NCBI RefSeq assembly: GCF_009914755.1
Contig: NC_060925.1
Source of the DNA: the human T2T-CHM13v2.0 reference genome, Homo sapiens
Length of the DNA: 64,000 nt
Reading direction: 5' to 3' (one strand)
The notes below the pieces were generated by a model. The model did no database searches and had not been told where the DNA came from. It was given only the letters and a program-made list of their open reading frames with translations. Of the stretch, positions 26,582-45,050 are shown one piece after another; positions within the stretch are counted from its first letter, which is position 1, and each line of letters opens with the position of its first letter. A program made the translations under genes and the position numbers.

Positions 26582-27139
26582 TTGATTATTTTTATTTTTA
26601 TTAATAAAAAGTGAGTCTTCTCAGTATTAAAAGAGCTAGGTCATTGTTCACAGTATGTAACCTCCTGCATTTGCCTTTAAAATATGTTATTGTCATTTTG
26701 AATAGATAGCCAAGCTCATATTTAATCATGTGTTTTAAACCATTTGACGTTTTTGACAAACTTCCCAAAGTCAAATTCTAAATTAACTCTGTTTGACTTT
26801 GAATTAACTTTGGAATTTTTCAGTTGGGTCCCTGGAAAGCTTAAAGGATGTGTCTCTCACTTTATAAAAGAGAGATATTAAACTAATAAGTCTTATTTGA
26901 TATGTTAAATTACATGGGATGCATTGTCAAATAATAAGTGTTGCTAAACCTTTTAAACATATATATGTTAATATCAACAACATCTAAGTATGTTTTTGAT
27001 AGTGTTCCAAAAATTATATAGAATTCCTAGAAATCTGTCATAATTTTGATTATTATATTAAAATGTTGTATACCACAGAAATAACCAAAATTTTTTGTAA
27101 GTTGCATCATTTTTATAATGAAGTCTCTCACCTGATTTT

Positions 27140-27215
27140 ATACATGGCCATTCTTTGTCATTCATAGATGGCCATTCTTTGTCATACATGGCCATTCTTT
27201 GTCATTCATAGATGG
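27140..27215. repeat. Short tandem array of atggccattctttgtcat units (24/20-bp alternation, 44-bp period)
   Basis: Three full copies plus a partial, read directly. Confidence 0.9.
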
Positions 27216-27467
27216 TTATTGTTTTCCTTCTTCTCTAAAAGCACTTTTAATCAGCTATAGTCCAAACTTGCTTCTTCAGGAAGATTCATGAAAAAGACTC
27301 TAAAGTACTCTTGAGTATAGGTTTCTGATAAAGAATACATCACTGGACTGGGTAAGAATTTTCAGTACTCTGATGAAGAAACTGATGGCTTCATGAAACT
27401 GCCAACCAAAATCAAACAGAACAATAATTAATTACATGGAACTAAATTAACTGATAAGAATATTTTT

Positions 27468-27765
27468 GTCAGGGCGCAGTGGCTCATGCCTGTAATCCCA
27501 GTACTTTGGGAGGCTGCTGCAGAAGGATCACTTGAAGCCAGGAGTTCAAGACCAGCCTGGCCAACATGGTGAAAGCCTATCTCTATGAAAAATACAAAAA
27601 TTAATCGGGTGTGGTGGTGGTGGCATGCACCTGTAATCACAGCTACTTGGGTGGCTGAGGCATGAGAATCACTTGAACCCAGGAGGTGGAAGTTGCAGTG
27701 AACTGGGATCATGCCACTGCAGCCTGGGTGACAAGGTGAGACCCTGTCTCAAAAAAGAAAAAAAA
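27468..27765 (+). mobile_element. Alu (J/Sz-like)
   Basis: Full dimer with A tail. Confidence 0.92.
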
Positions 27766-27973
27766 ATGTTTTTATGACATTTTCTTTGAAATTTTATTGT
27801 TTTAATAAAAGTTTTGTTATTCAGATTTAAGAAATTTATTTTTGTTTAAGCTAGCTATAGCTTACAGTCATTTGGTAAACTATAATTTTATGAACAAAAA
27901 TATAAAAAAATTACTTTTTTTCACCTGATTCCTTCAGAATTAAAAAATATTATTTATGAGTATTCTTATTCTT

Positions 27974-28262
27974 TTTTCTTTTTCTTTTTCTTTTTTTTTT
28001 TTTTTTGAGACAGAGTCTCACTCTCTGTTGCCCAGGCTGGAGTTCAGTGCATGATCTTGGCTCACTACAACCTCTGCCTCCTGGGTTCAAGTGATTCTCG
28101 TGCCTCAGCCTCCCAAGTAGCTGGGATTACAGGCACCTGCCACCACACCTGGCTAATTTTTGTATTTTTAGTAGAGACGGGATTTCGCCTGGCTCCAAGT
28201 GATCTGCCCACCTTGGCCTGTCAAAGTGCTGGGATTACAGGCATGAGCCACCATACCTGGCC
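27974..28262 (-). mobile_element. AluS with ~30-bp internal deletion
   Basis: 17-bp TSD TGAGTATTCTTATTCTT at 27957-27973 and 28263-28279. Confidence 0.93.
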
Positions 28263-30292
28263 TGAGTATTCTTATTCTTATGGCAATATAGTTATTTGCA
28301 TAAGTTCAATATAAATCTGTTATCCTTATAACAGGATACAAATAGAAATACTGGTTTTATTACCAAAACTTTTTTGGAATGCCTTATTTTCATTTGTGAT
28401 CAGACAACTTTAAGAAACTAGGGTTGACTTTATAGAGCCAATAAAGAACTCCTTGGAAAAACTGGCTTGCTACCTTAAATATATGGTCCACACAGTTACC
28501 CTTCAAGTAGGTAAAGAATCTCACTTCCTAACAGACCAAGAAATCTCGGGATATTTTGGGGACCTCAAGTAGAAATAAATTTATCCAAATTTATAGGTCC
28601 TATAGGTTAATTTTGATGGTGAGTTCTTGTCTTGACTTCCTCACTGAGATTTCTTATAAGAAGTACCAGCAAAGCAAATGTAAAGAGAGCTTATTGGTCA
28701 ATCACTATTCTTGCTGCACTTTTTAAAATAAGCAGGTCAAGTTGAATGAAACTAAACCAATTTTGCAAACAAATCAGTCTTTGATTTATTTTTGGTAGAA
28801 TGCGGGTGACTGTACAAAAAAATTCTGTTTCAGAAGAAAATTATAGTGTATCTGTTATTAGATTCTAGCTCATTGTTTTTGAAGGTTTGTTAGTTACCTA
28901 AAATCTGGACTGCATTCTTGAATTTTCTAGTTTCCTCCCATTTCTGGCTGCAAGTCTTCAAATAATTAATACTAATTTTTCTCCCACTTTCTGGCTTGGA
29001 ATCATTGAAAAAAATACAAAAACAAAAAAACTGCTCTTTCCCTGAAGCCTAGCAAACTGAAGCTGGATCACTTTATATAGACTTCAGATAAATTACCACA
29101 ATTTGTGTACGAACAACCTTCATGCCTGTTGCTGTAGAGACTATTCAGGAAGTTCACTGGTGCACCCCATGCAAACAGTAAACCAAGAAAATTTGTTCAA
29201 ATTACCACTGCCTGCCCTTGTTTCAACTGAAGCTACTTGGAGACTAACATCTAGAAATCTTGACCAGGTGCCCTCTGGACTCAAAAATTGAGTTTAGTTT
29301 GTTCTATTAACCTTTGTTTTTACTTTGTTTCTATAAAAATACCTCTTATTAAATACTTGCTTGTTTACACTACATAAAAGCCTAACTTTGGTGAAAGCTC
29401 ACCTACAACATTGCCTCCTGAGATGAGATACAATTGTTAACTGTTTAACTGGACTGAACTATTCTTGAGATTGGGAGTCTGGTTTAATGGCAGATGAGAC
29501 AACACACCAACCAAATTTCTCCTCCAAAGCAAGCCATAAAACCTAGAAAGTCACTCCTTTAATTTTTCTCTTGAAGACTCTCATTTCAGAGGGCTCTTGC
29601 CCCATACCTGGGAGGAAAGAATGCTACACAGAAACTAAGAACAATCTGAACAGGCAAGCCTTACAGGGTCTCCCCTCCCTTATTAGTCTATTACCATTAT
29701 ATTATAACCTTTGTCCAATCAGACTTCTATGCAGCCATTTATTCTTCATTGTACCTAAGCATAAAAATAGATAGCTTTCCCTGGGTCTTTGGGTCTTCAT
29801 TTCTGAAGGCTCCCATGTCACATAAAGCTTTGACTAAGTTTGCTACGCTTTTCTCTTGTTAACCCATCTTTCATGTAGAAGGCATGTAGGCCATGATCCT
29901 TATAATGGGTGAGAAAATACATCATACCTTTCTGCCCTTAGAGAAGGACAAAGAATGGAAATTTCAAGAAAATTTCAGAATGTCAGACCAAACAGCATCA
30001 ACCTTCTAAATCAATACCAGCAAGCACCTATCTCCAAGTTTATTTTTATGTAAGAAAAATACCCCCTTTTTAATTTTTATTTTTTATTATTATAATTTAA
30101 GTTCTAGGATACATGTGCACAATATGCAGGTTTGTTACATATGTATACATGTGCCATGTTGGTGTGCTGAACCCATTAACTCATCATTGACATTAGGTAT
30201 ATCTCCTAATGCTATCCCTCCCCTCTCCCCCGACCCCACGACAGACCCCGGTGTGTGATGTTCCCCTTCTTGTGCCCAAGTGTTCTCATTGT

Positions 30293-34120
<3,828 letters not shown>

Positions 34121-34183
34121 TATGATGTTAGCTGGTTATTTTGCTCGTTAGTTGATGCAGTTTCTTCCGAGCATCAGTGGTCT

Positions 34184-35197
34184 TTACAATTTGCCATGTT
34201 TTTGCAGTGGCTGGTATCGGTTGTTCCTTTCCATGTTTAGTGCTTCCTTCAGGAGCTCTTTTAGGGCAGGCCTGGTGGTGACAAATACTCTCAGCATTTG
34301 CTTGTCTGTAAAGCATTTTATTTCTCCTTCACTTATGAAGCTTAGTTTAGCTGGATATGAAATTCTGGGTTGAAAATTCTTTTCTTTAAGAATGTTGAAT
34401 ATTGGCCCCCACTCTCTTCTGGCTTGTAGAGTTTCTGCCGAGAGATCCGCTGTTAGTCTGATGGGCTTCCCTTTGTGGGTAACCTGATCTTTCTCTCTGG
34501 CTGCCCTTAACATTTTTTCCTTCATTTCAACTTTGGTGAATCTGACAATTATGTGTCTTGGAGTTGCTCTTCTTGAGGAGTATCTTTGTGGCATTCTCTG
34601 TATTTCCTGAATTTGAATGTTGGCCTGCCTTACTAGGTTGGGGAAGTTCTCCTGGATAATATCCTGCAGAGTGTTTCCAACTTGGTTCCATTCTCTCCGT
34701 CACTTTCAGGTACACCAATCAGATGTAGATTTGGTCTTTTCACATAGTCCCATATATCTTGGAGTCTGTTCGTTTCTTTTTACTCTTTTTTCTCTAAACT
34801 TCTCTTCTCACTTCATTTCATTCATTTGATCTTCAGTCACTGATACCCTTTCTTCCTGTTGATCAAATCAGCTACTGAAGCTTGTGCATTTGTCATGTAG
34901 TTCTCATGCCATGGTTTTCAGCTCCATCAGGTCATTTAAGGACTTCTCTACACTTGTTATTCTAGTTAGCCATTTGTCTAGTCTTTTTTCAAGGTTTTTA
35001 GCTTCTTTGCAATGGGTTTGAACTTCCTCCTTTAGTTCAGAGAAGTTTGATCATCTGAAGCCTTCTTCTCTCAACTCGTCAAAGTCATTCTCCATCCAGC
35101 TTTGTTCCATTGCTGGCAAGGAGCTGTGTTCCATTGGAGGGGGAAAGGCGCTCTGATTTTTAAATTTTCAGCTTTTCTGCTCTGCATTTTCCCCCAT
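34184..35197 (-). pseudogene. L1 ORF1p pseudogene
   Basis: ATG at 35197; C-terminal fragment 34184-34594 (ARREWGPIF, YPAKLSF); frameshifted upstream. Confidence 0.93.
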
Positions 35198-35772
35198 CTT
35201 TGTGGTTTTATCTGCCTTTGGTCTTTGATGATGGTGATGTACACATGGGGTTTTGGTGTGGATGTGCTTTCTGTTTGTTAGTTTTCCTTCTAACAGTTGG
35301 GACCCTCAGCTGCAGGTCTGCTGGAGTTTGCTGGAGGTCCACTCCAGACCCTTTTTGCCTGGCTATCACCAGCAGAGGATGCAGAACAGTGAATATTGCT
35401 GAACAGCAAATGTTGCTGCCTGATCGTTCCTCTGGAAGCTTCATCTCAGAGGGGTACCTGGCCATGTCAGGTGTCAGTCTGCCCCTACGGGGGCCTGCCT
35501 CCCAGTTAGGCTACTCGGAGGTCAGGGACCCACTTGAGGAAGCAGTTGGTCCGTTCTCAGATCTCAGACTCCATGCTGGGAGAACCATTGCTCTCTTCAA
35601 AGCTGTCAGACAGGGACAGTTAAGTCTGCAGAGATTTCTGCTGCCTTTTGTTCAGGTATGCCCTGCCCCCAGAGGTGGAGTCTACAGAGGCAGGCAGGCC
35701 TCCTTGAGCTGCAGTGGCCTCCACCCACTTAGAGCTTCCTGGCCGCTTTGTTTACCTACTCAAACCTCGGCA

Positions 35773-36036
35773 ATGGTGGGCGCCCCTCCCCCAGCCTTGC
35801 TGCCACCTTGCAGTTCGATCTCAGACTGCTGTGCTAGCAATGAGCAAGGCTCCGTGGGTGTGGGAGCCTCCGAGCCCAGTGCGGGATATAATCTCCTGGT
35901 GTGCCATTTTCTAAGACGGTTGGAAAAGCGCAGTGTTAGGGTGGGAGTGACCCGATTTTCCAGGTGTCGTCTGTCACAGCTTCCCTTGGCTAGGAAAGGG
36001 AATTCCCTGACCCCTTGTGCTTCCCAGGTGAGATGA
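35773..36036 (+). CDS. L1 antisense ORF0-like frame (87 aa), open
   Basis: MVGAPPPALLPPCSSISDCCASNEQGSVGVG..RVGVTRFSRC resembles primate L1 ORF0; expression unknown. Confidence 0.45.
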   Translation: MVGAPPPALLPPCSSISDCCASNEQGSVGVGASEPSAGYNLLVCHFLRRLEKRSVRVGVTRFSRCRLSQLPLARKGNSLTPCASQVR

Positions 36037-36479
36037 TGCCTCCCTCTGCTTTGGCTCATGCTCAGCGCGCTGCACCCACTGTCCTGCACCCACTTTCCAA
36101 CAAGCCCCAGTGAGATGAACTTGGTACCTCAGTTGGAAATGCAGAAATCACCCGTCTTCTGCATTGCTCATGCTGGGAGCTATAGACTGGAGCTGTTCCT
36201 ATTTGGCCATCTTGGAACTGCCCTATTTTTTTGTTTTTATGTTGACTCTGCCAGAAGGTCTTCTGTTATTTGTAGCTGAAAGCATTTCTAATACTTATTT
36301 TTTATTTTTACTTGGAGACAAGCATTAGTTTTTTAATTTTTATAAAATTCCAGGAGAATAGGTAGTTTTTTTCTCAGTTGAGATTTTTTAAAGATTGTTA
36401 TAAAAAAGTTTAAAAGTAAGCTTTTTGATATTAAAAATAATAGTCACAATAATATAAATAATAAAATAGTAATATAATA

Positions 36480-37050
36480 ACCTGATAGTTTTTGATTGCC
36501 TAATTTTGTGCTACTTGAATTATAGGTGTTTAATCCTTACAGTAACTCCACAGAAAAAGCACTGTTATAATCTCTACTTTACAGATGAAAAGTATGAGAC
36601 ATAGAAAGGTTACATAACTTACTCAAAGTCACAGAATTGAGATCCAGATCCAGATCTTTCTGACCACCAAGCTTATGTGCATAATTTCGTAACTAATTCT
36701 ATCTGTCTTCCTGCAGTTGCAAAATGCTTTCTGTCTTTTCCAGGTCTTTGTATATGCTGTTCCTTGTGCCTGGAACAGATTTTTTTCCCACTCTTTTCTT
36801 GGCTAAGTCTTGTTCATGTTTTTATACTTCAATTTAAATATATCTTCTTCTTGGATATATTTCCCTCACATCCCTTCTTCTCTACATGATTCATTGCCTC
36901 TATCAGCACATGATCCATTCTTTTGCATGCTTTATTTACCTGTCACTAAGCCATTGGAATATTGTATTCTTCATCACTGAATCACCTGAATTCCTTCCTT
37001 GTTTACCGTCATTGTTCTAGGCTTTGGCATATAGTATACTTTCAAGCAAA
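36480..37050. mobile_element. MIR (-, ~36480-36680) followed by L2 (+, ~36710-37050)
   Basis: tttacagatgaaa..gaaaggttacataacttactcaaagtcacag; tttgtatatgctgttccttgtgcctggaa. Confidence 0.65.
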
Positions 37051-38334
37051 AGGTGTCAAGAGTTGACTACCCCTTTTGTTTTAGTTTGGGTGCTGGAGGG
37101 GAGTCATGGTTCCTGGGGAGGCAAGAGCAAAAGGAGGTTTGAAGGAGAGGTGAATGATAGGCTTCATTTTAGGGTGCCTAACAGGACCTGCGTGCAGGTC
37201 ATTTTATGTCCTTCCAGTGAAATTGTTTGCTGTTTTAGCATTTACTGCAATTAGCTGTAGGAGGGCTTCTTAGTCCATGATCAAAAAAAAAAAGAAAAAA
37301 GTGCTCTGAAAAGGTAGCAATGTGTGTCTCTGGAAGGCAAGCCTAGACATGTGGTAGGAGTTAAAGAAATGTAGAATTACAAAAAATAATCCCTCCTACG
37401 AATGTCTAAAAATGATGTTCCTAGCAGCTTTAGGTATCACAGTTGTGCAGGCAGAAAAGTAGTTGATTAACTCACTGGCATTATCTCTGAGGAGTGGGTG
37501 TTTTGGAAAACTGCATGCACAATATTCCTTTTGGATAAGCTACTAGACCATTGTTCTACATATTCTGCACTGTGGCCCTTCAGCTCACTCTGTACATGGC
37601 TGAAGGCATATGTTTAAAAAAACTGTCCCTCCCAAGGTTAAGATAGCTGTGCTGTGGCCATTTTGTGCCTGGCATTTAAGAACAAGATACTGAAATTTAA
37701 AGTTGACTTGAAATAGAATTTCTGAATGTACCAGAATAGGCAACACAGCCCACTCCACCCCCTTCACTCTCTATACTCTACTTTCTCCTGAAGGTTTTCA
37801 GATAGCTCTTTTTCATCCACATTTTTCCTTCTGTATTCAAGTATGTGGTGAATCAGATTTCGTTCATTTAGGTGGCAGTTAGTCATATTGTGATATGGAA
37901 GCCTGCTAAGGCCCCATAGGATAGGATCTCCAGAAACAACGGGATAACAATGTGGTTTGCCCAGTATTCTCCCCATTCTTCCCCCTTTCTGCCCCTAAGT
38001 CAGAAACACTTTAATTGAGTGATTCCCACTATCTTTTCACCCCAAGGTTTAAAAGGAGAAATCCAGGCAAAAGGAAGTCTGAATTTCCAAATGCGGCTAG
38101 GTATTCCTGTTACCTTACTTGAGTCCATTGATTTATCAATGATTCCATTCATTTCTCTATTTGATTTAGTAGTAATAATAATAAACAGTTTTAGATTATA
38201 GGAATATTCAATAGGTTTATTTCCTTGTCAAATTTCAGTCAACCGGTAGTAGGTACCAGGAGGAAAATGGCTCCAGATTTGTTGATAACAAATCTGAAGC
38301 TGTGTCTTAGTTACCAGATCATTATGCTCTAATC

Positions 38335-38558
38335 CAGAGGTTGGCAAACTTTTTCTGTATAGGGCCAGATAGTAAATATTTTAGGCTTTGCAAGCCATAT
38401 GATCTCTGTTGCAACTGCTCGATTTTGCTGTTTTTGGTCCAAAAGCAGCCAAGACAATACATAAATGAAATGGTGTGGCTGTGTCCCAAAAAACCTTCCT
38501 TTACCAAAACAGTTTGCAGGCTTTGGCCCTCTGCTGGGCCAGAGTTTGTTGACCCCTG
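38335..38558 (+). mobile_element. MER58A (hAT-Charlie) DNA transposon
   Basis: cagaggttggcaaact..agtttgttgacccctg TIRs; gggccagatagtaaatattttaggctttg. Confidence 0.9.
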
Positions 38559-38724
38559 CAATTAGCAGTGCTGTCAGTGGACAGAGAGGGATTGGTGACA
38601 CAGATGCCATACATGTCTCATCCCTAATATAGACACTTACTGCATCCAAACATTTTCACTTTTACAGTCTCACTGGTTCTGCTCAACAAATGTGAGGAAG
38701 TGCAGCAGCAGGTTATTTTAGGAT

Positions 38725-39180
38725 AGTGATGTATTCTGCTTAAGAACAGAAGCTTTGGAAAGAGACTGGAATAGGAATTTAGTTCTGTTACTTATGAGCT
38801 GTGTGTGCTTGGGCAGACAATTACCCTCTTAGTTCCTCAGCCACCTAATCTGTTAGATGAAGGTAGTAGTATCTGCCTCAAGCATAAAGAGCCCTTCAAT
38901 AGATGCTTGAGATAAATGCAATTATTATTATTATCTTCTCTGTATAAACTGGGGTTAAGCTCCTATGATATTTATGAATATTAAATAAGGTAGCATATGT
39001 AAATCTCACAGCACAATAGTTAATACATAATTTTTAATGAACAATTATTATTCATATTCCCATTTTATAAATAAGGAAAGTTTTAAATGATCAATAAGTT
39101 CTGCCAAAACTTTACAGTGAATAATAGTAAAAGTGAAGTGAAACCTAGTCCTTTGGATTCCAGAAGTCATTCTGTGCCCA
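38725..39180. mobile_element. Cluster of MIR fragments
   Basis: gagctgtgtgtgcttgggcag..cctcag; cccattttataaataaggaaa..ggattccaga. Confidence 0.6.
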
Positions 39181-39242
39181 CTAAAACTAACAAATGTGTG
39201 TTAAAACTCCCTGAACAGGTACACAGTGAAACTCAAATAGAT

Positions 39243-39605
<363 letters not shown>

Positions 39606-39859
39606 TAATTAATTTTTAGTCATATGTTTCTCTGTAAAATACCTTGAATTGAAACTTTTATTTTTTTTAATGGCCTACCAAGAGACAGCTTGGCTCTGGG
39701 AATAGAGCACAGGCTTAAGAACTGTTAGAGGGAAGATATTCTGTATTGCTTTTTCTACTAGGCATGTTTCATCCTTTATAAAACATAATCAATTGCCCTA
39801 AATACCTATGTTTTATTTAACATTGATCCCATCATCTTGGCCCCAGCTGAGTTAAGAAA

Positions 39860-40333
39860 ATGGTAGACACGTAAACCAAAGTGAAAGAGAGGCTATAGAT
39901 ACATGACTTGTGTGCTTGTGTGGCTCAAAACGGTGATCTGGGACAATCAGAACCATTCCTACCATTCTCTCTTTCTCTCTCAGTCTCTCTCTGTCTTGGG
40001 AGTTTTTACTTAGGGACTCAGTAAAAGTTGTCAGTTGACAATGGCACACAAAGTTTAAGTAGAGTTAGGGCACAGAAGATGGCAATATGAGCTCTATGAA
40101 CTATCGGTAAATAGGAAGATAATCAGTAAAGAGAAATGGAATGATTTAGATGGGCAGAGAGGAGGAGTGCAATTCCCAGTTCAGTCCCCATTGGGTCAGC
40201 TGTACTCGATTCCTATTCCTGGATCTGTATGAGAACCTACTGAGCAGCCTTATAATACCACAGGTTCCAGGTTAATTGATCTAGCTTTGTGGGTCTTTGT
40301 TCTTTGCAAACTAAAGAACTCTGGCTGAAATAG
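39860..40333 (+). mobile_element. Old ERVL-class LTR fragment (LTR16/33/MLT-like)
   Basis: caatcagaaccatt..; gggtctttgttctttgcaaactaaagaactctggctgaaata 3' terminus. Confidence 0.45.
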
Positions 40334-41203
40334 TGATGTCACAGAGGCATTGTCAGTGGGACAGACATTTGAACTATTTCACACCCTTGCTACTTCACAT
40401 GCAGGGATAGGAAGAAAAAAAAGAGAAACATTCACTTTCAAGATTTGTTCTAAATATTTGCTTCAAAGCATAAATCAAAAGCCTTAGTAAATATAACTAC
40501 ATACGGAGGCCTAACTGATTGCCAGCAAGAGTTCCTGAAGAAAGCCATATATGGACCCTACTATAGTTATTCTATGATTGTTGCTCATTAGGAAAAAAAA
40601 AAAAATCCTTTCTTCCCAATACAAGTTGATGCATTCTTTAGTGATATGGTGTGCATTTTATAATTTAGAAAATAAAATGGTTAGACATAATGTATTTGTT
40701 GGTGTTTTGCTCAAAGGAGTGATGGATTGGAAGGATGATCAGATAGGAAATTCCAGGAAATGTTTTAATGGTGGTGGGATGGATGGCGACAGCAGAGATT
40801 CAACTGATGGTATGAGAAGGCAGGTTGCAGAGCACTGAATTTCTTGTTGCAGGCTCTTTTATTTCAGATACAATGTGGCCACATCCTAAGTAATAAAGCA
40901 AAGCCTCCAAAGGCAGTTCAGACGTAATATGTATTTAGCACTTGTGTGCCAGAGATTATACAAGTTTTAAGTGATGTATCAAAAGAATAAGTAAATAAAT
41001 ACCCTTGAAAATCCCAATAATGATTACAGGGAGATTGACAGGCATATAAACCATTCATTATGGTATGGTGTGATAAGTTTTTGTGATGGACCTATGTGCA
41101 CAAAACTCTGAGAATTCATAGGAAGAAGCAATTCATTCTGCCATGGAGTGTGGCAAGGTAGGGAAAGGTTTCAGAGAGGAGATGGTACTAAGAAGGGCAT
41201 AAA

Positions 41204-41475
<272 letters not shown>

Positions 41476-42017
41476 TTATTGCAGGGAGGAAGCACAGACT
41501 AAGCAAAGAATTGTTGAATGGAAAGGAGAGCGAGAGCCTAAGGAGAACTCCCAGGAAGCTTTTGAGATAGTTTCTTGGTAAACACCTAGCATAGTTTGGT
41601 GGCTGTAGCAGAATCATTCAAATACTCTTGGCTGCCCAATCCCTTTCTCCACTCCCATTAGGCTGAACATTTTGAGCGAAATCTAATTTAAAATCAGCAG
41701 CTGATACAGACATTAGTGATGGGGAGTAAGTTGTCTCAAGGAAATCTCTTCGTAAGTCATTTGATATGTCCTTGTTTCCTGTCGAGAGGCACCCACAGAC
41801 TCCTTGACCCATGTTCAAACTGGCCCTGGGCTAAGTGGGGTATAGTTAACTCAAATGAAATTCACCTTTGCAAATACTGTTCCATGAGTAATACCAAGCT
41901 CTAGAAGAATACATTTACTTAAAATAGAAGGGAAATGAGAAGGAAAATGCCCAGGAGAAGGTACAGATGAGCAACTTTAAATATTTAAAAATAGGAAAGG
42001 AAGGAAAGAAAAGCAAA

Positions 42018-42787
42018 TGCAAATCAAAACCACGAGGAGATACCATCTCACACCAGTTAGAATGGCAATCACTAAAAAGTCAGGAAACAACAGGTGCTGG
42101 AGAGGATGTGGAGAAATAGGAACACTTTTACACTGTTGGTGGGACTGTAAACTAGTTCAACCATTGTGGAAGTCAGTGTGGCGATTCCTCAGGGATCTAG
42201 AACTAGAAATACCATTTGACCCAGCCATCCCATTACTGGGTATATACCCAAATGACTATAAATCATGCTGCTATAAAGACACATGCACATGTATGTTTAT
42301 TGCGGCACTATTCACAATAGCAAAGACTTGGAACCAACCCAAATGTCCAACAATGATAGACTGGATTAAGAAAATGTGGCACATATACACCATGGAATAC
42401 TATGCAGTCATAAAAAATGATGAGTTCGTGTCCTTTGTAGGGATATGGATGAAATTGGAAATCATCATTCTCAGTAAACTATCGCAAGAACAAAAAACCA
42501 AACACCTCATATTCTCACTCATAGGTGGGAATTGAACAATGAGATCACATGGACACAGGAAGGGGAATATCACACTCTGGGGACTGTGGTGGGGTGGGGG
42601 GATGGGGGAGGGATAGCATTGGGAGATATACCTAATGCTAGATGACGAGTTAGTGGGTGCAGCGCACCAGCATGGCACATGTATACATATGTAACTAACC
42701 TGCACATTGTGCACATGTACCCTAAAACGTAAAGTATAATAAAAAATAAATAAATAAATAAAAATAAATAAAAATAAAAATAGGAAA
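42018..42787 (+). mobile_element. 5'-truncated L1PA2-like element (ORF2 C-terminus + 3'UTR)
   Basis: gatgacGAGttag diagnostic; (AAAT)n tail; TSD GAAAGAAAAGCAAA at 42004-42017 and 42788-42801. Confidence 0.95.
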
Positions 42788-43846
42788 GAAAGAAAAGCAA
42801 ACACTTTAAAAAGATGCCTCTTTCAGCACTAACACGCAACCGAGAAAGACATTTGTCAAGATCCCATGTGTTTTCTTGATGATACATCTCCTCCCTCTGT
42901 GAACAAATTGATAAAATATCAAGAGCTGTTCTGGAGATAGCAAGCACAAAAGAACTTACAGTAGGTGTTGTACTTTGCAGCAGTGACTGTGTCTATTTGA
43001 TTCTAGCCAAAACAGTCTCCTACTTGCCTGCAGAAAAGGGTGGAGATTCTGGCCGTGACTCATAGAGGGATGGCCAGAAGAAGTGGATAGACAAGCATGG
43101 GCATCTCAGGATTTAGTGTGCCTTGTGTACCCTTGTGTGCCTGAAGAATTATGGGGGCGACCTTCCCTCATCTGCCTCCATTTACTTTTCACTCTCTCCA
43201 CCTCTTTCCCTCTCTACCCCCACAAGTACATGCACACATTGAAGAGAAGAGGCTATTTTGGGAATGCTTGCAAATAAAGAAATCACATTCAGACATAAAA
43301 ATGCTAGGAGAAGACACTGCTGAGAAAGCAGATCACATCTGTGAACAACTGAGTTGAGAGGAGGACCCTTCATAAGGAAAGAGACCTGCAGGTGACATTT
43401 GGTTTTTCCCTTTTGATTGGCTTGTTTTGCTTCAGTATTTAGAATTTTTCTGAATTTTGGCCATTAGCAGCTTCCATAACAGTTTCTGAAAGAATGACAG
43501 AGTGGCTCCTTCAAGTGGAATTTCTTCCCTACAATTCACTTGAAAATGTAACATGTATTTCCTTAAATTTTGGAAGAATGGCACAGCCCAACTAGTTCTT
43601 GGAGGGTCTGGTCATGTTCTGTTCTCTTTCGATTCATATATTGGGGAGGAAATGAGTCATACTTGATTAAGGGGTTGATAACACCTACTCATACAAATTA
43701 TGTGTGTGGCCAAGGAAAGATGAAGCAGAATGCCATGGGGTAACAATGCTCCTTCCTCTGCTTGAATGTTGACTTTGCAGGCTGCAACTCCCAGCATCTT
43801 GATCCACAAGCTGTGAGGTCTGCAGCCAAAGCTGCAGAGAAGTAGA

Positions 43847-43847
<1 letters not shown>

Positions 43848-43888
<41 letters not shown>
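43848..43888. repeat. (TG)~20 microsatellite
   Basis: Direct reading. Confidence 0.97.
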
Positions 43889-43890
<2 letters not shown>

Positions 43891-44590
43891 CAGAACTCTG
43901 GTTCATCATGATTGTCAAACTATTATTTATGCGATCTTTATTGACTTTGTGGAAGAGACTATTTGAATGCCAAATCAAACGGCCAGGGACAAATCATGGT
44001 AATAACAATAATGGTTATTTATTATTTGTTTTGAGCTTGGCAGTATGCTGTATGCATCTCCTCTTTTAATCCTACCCCATATTCCATAGAAGCAGATATT
44101 TATAATGTCTATTATAATAATCTCAGGGAGTTTAAATGAGTCAGCTTAACCTTAGATCTGTTTATCTCTAAAATTTGTGCTATTTTATAGCCTTTCCAAT
44201 CTGATTTTGGAATTGCACTGTGAAACCCACCAACATTTAAAAACATTCCTATGAAATGTAAGACAGTGAAATTGAATATTTTATTCATAATGTATGACAG
44301 AGCCAGAAATTGAAGATGTTTCAATATCTGCACCACTTAATTTAGCACATAGTTTTATATTCTCACAAATTGTTCTGTTTCTTTTATGAAGATCAATCCT
44401 TGAGGGCAGCTTGGCTTATTTTTTTATTTTTTTAAAGTGTTCTTTGTATCCTCCTCTGGGCCTCACATAAGATAAGAAATCCAGCTACAGCAAAGACAAG
44501 GGAGCCGATAAGATATTATCATGTGTGTGCTCAACACAGGTTCCTATGGAATCACATTTTATGTGAGGATTAGATTCTAAAGTCAGCACA

Positions 44591-45050
44591 TATGGTGGAT
44601 TACTTTCCCCAGCATCAAGTTGCCTGGAAAGGCATATGCTCACTTCCTAGCCATGTGGAATTTGAATGAGACTGGTCCATCACAGTTTTAGGATGGGCCC
44701 TAATTGACTCATATCAGTCAATGAATTCCATGTCATTCATCCTTGGCTACAGTTATTGATTCAAGGATGTCACATGGCTCCAGCAAAACCAATTGAGACA
44801 TAATTTCTGGGTTTTGACTTGAGGTATAAGAAAAGTTCATTTCCTTTTTCCACAGCTTCAAGTCAAGTCCTTTGTGAGGACCAAGAAGAAAATCCTAAGC
44901 TATAAAATAGTGAAAAACACCTGGGTCTCAAGAATATTGTTTGAGTCCCAAGTCACTTCTGACCCAAGACTAGGAACTAATAGATTTTTTTATTGTTTAG
45001 GACAGTTTGAGTTGTTTTTCTATTCCTCACAACTACAAATCCTACCTGAT
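44591..45050 (+). mobile_element. MLT1K-like LTR
   Basis: ccttggctacagttattgattcaaggatgtcacatg..ccaattgaga; gtttgagttgtttttc..cacaac terminus. Confidence 0.65.

Noticed and set aside
27140-27215. Regularly repeated 18-mer resembling a CRISPR-like array
   Set aside because: No unique spacers, eukaryotic context; a simple slippage duplication.
42579-42612. G-quadruplex-like G runs
   Set aside because: Standard L1 3'UTR polypurine tract.
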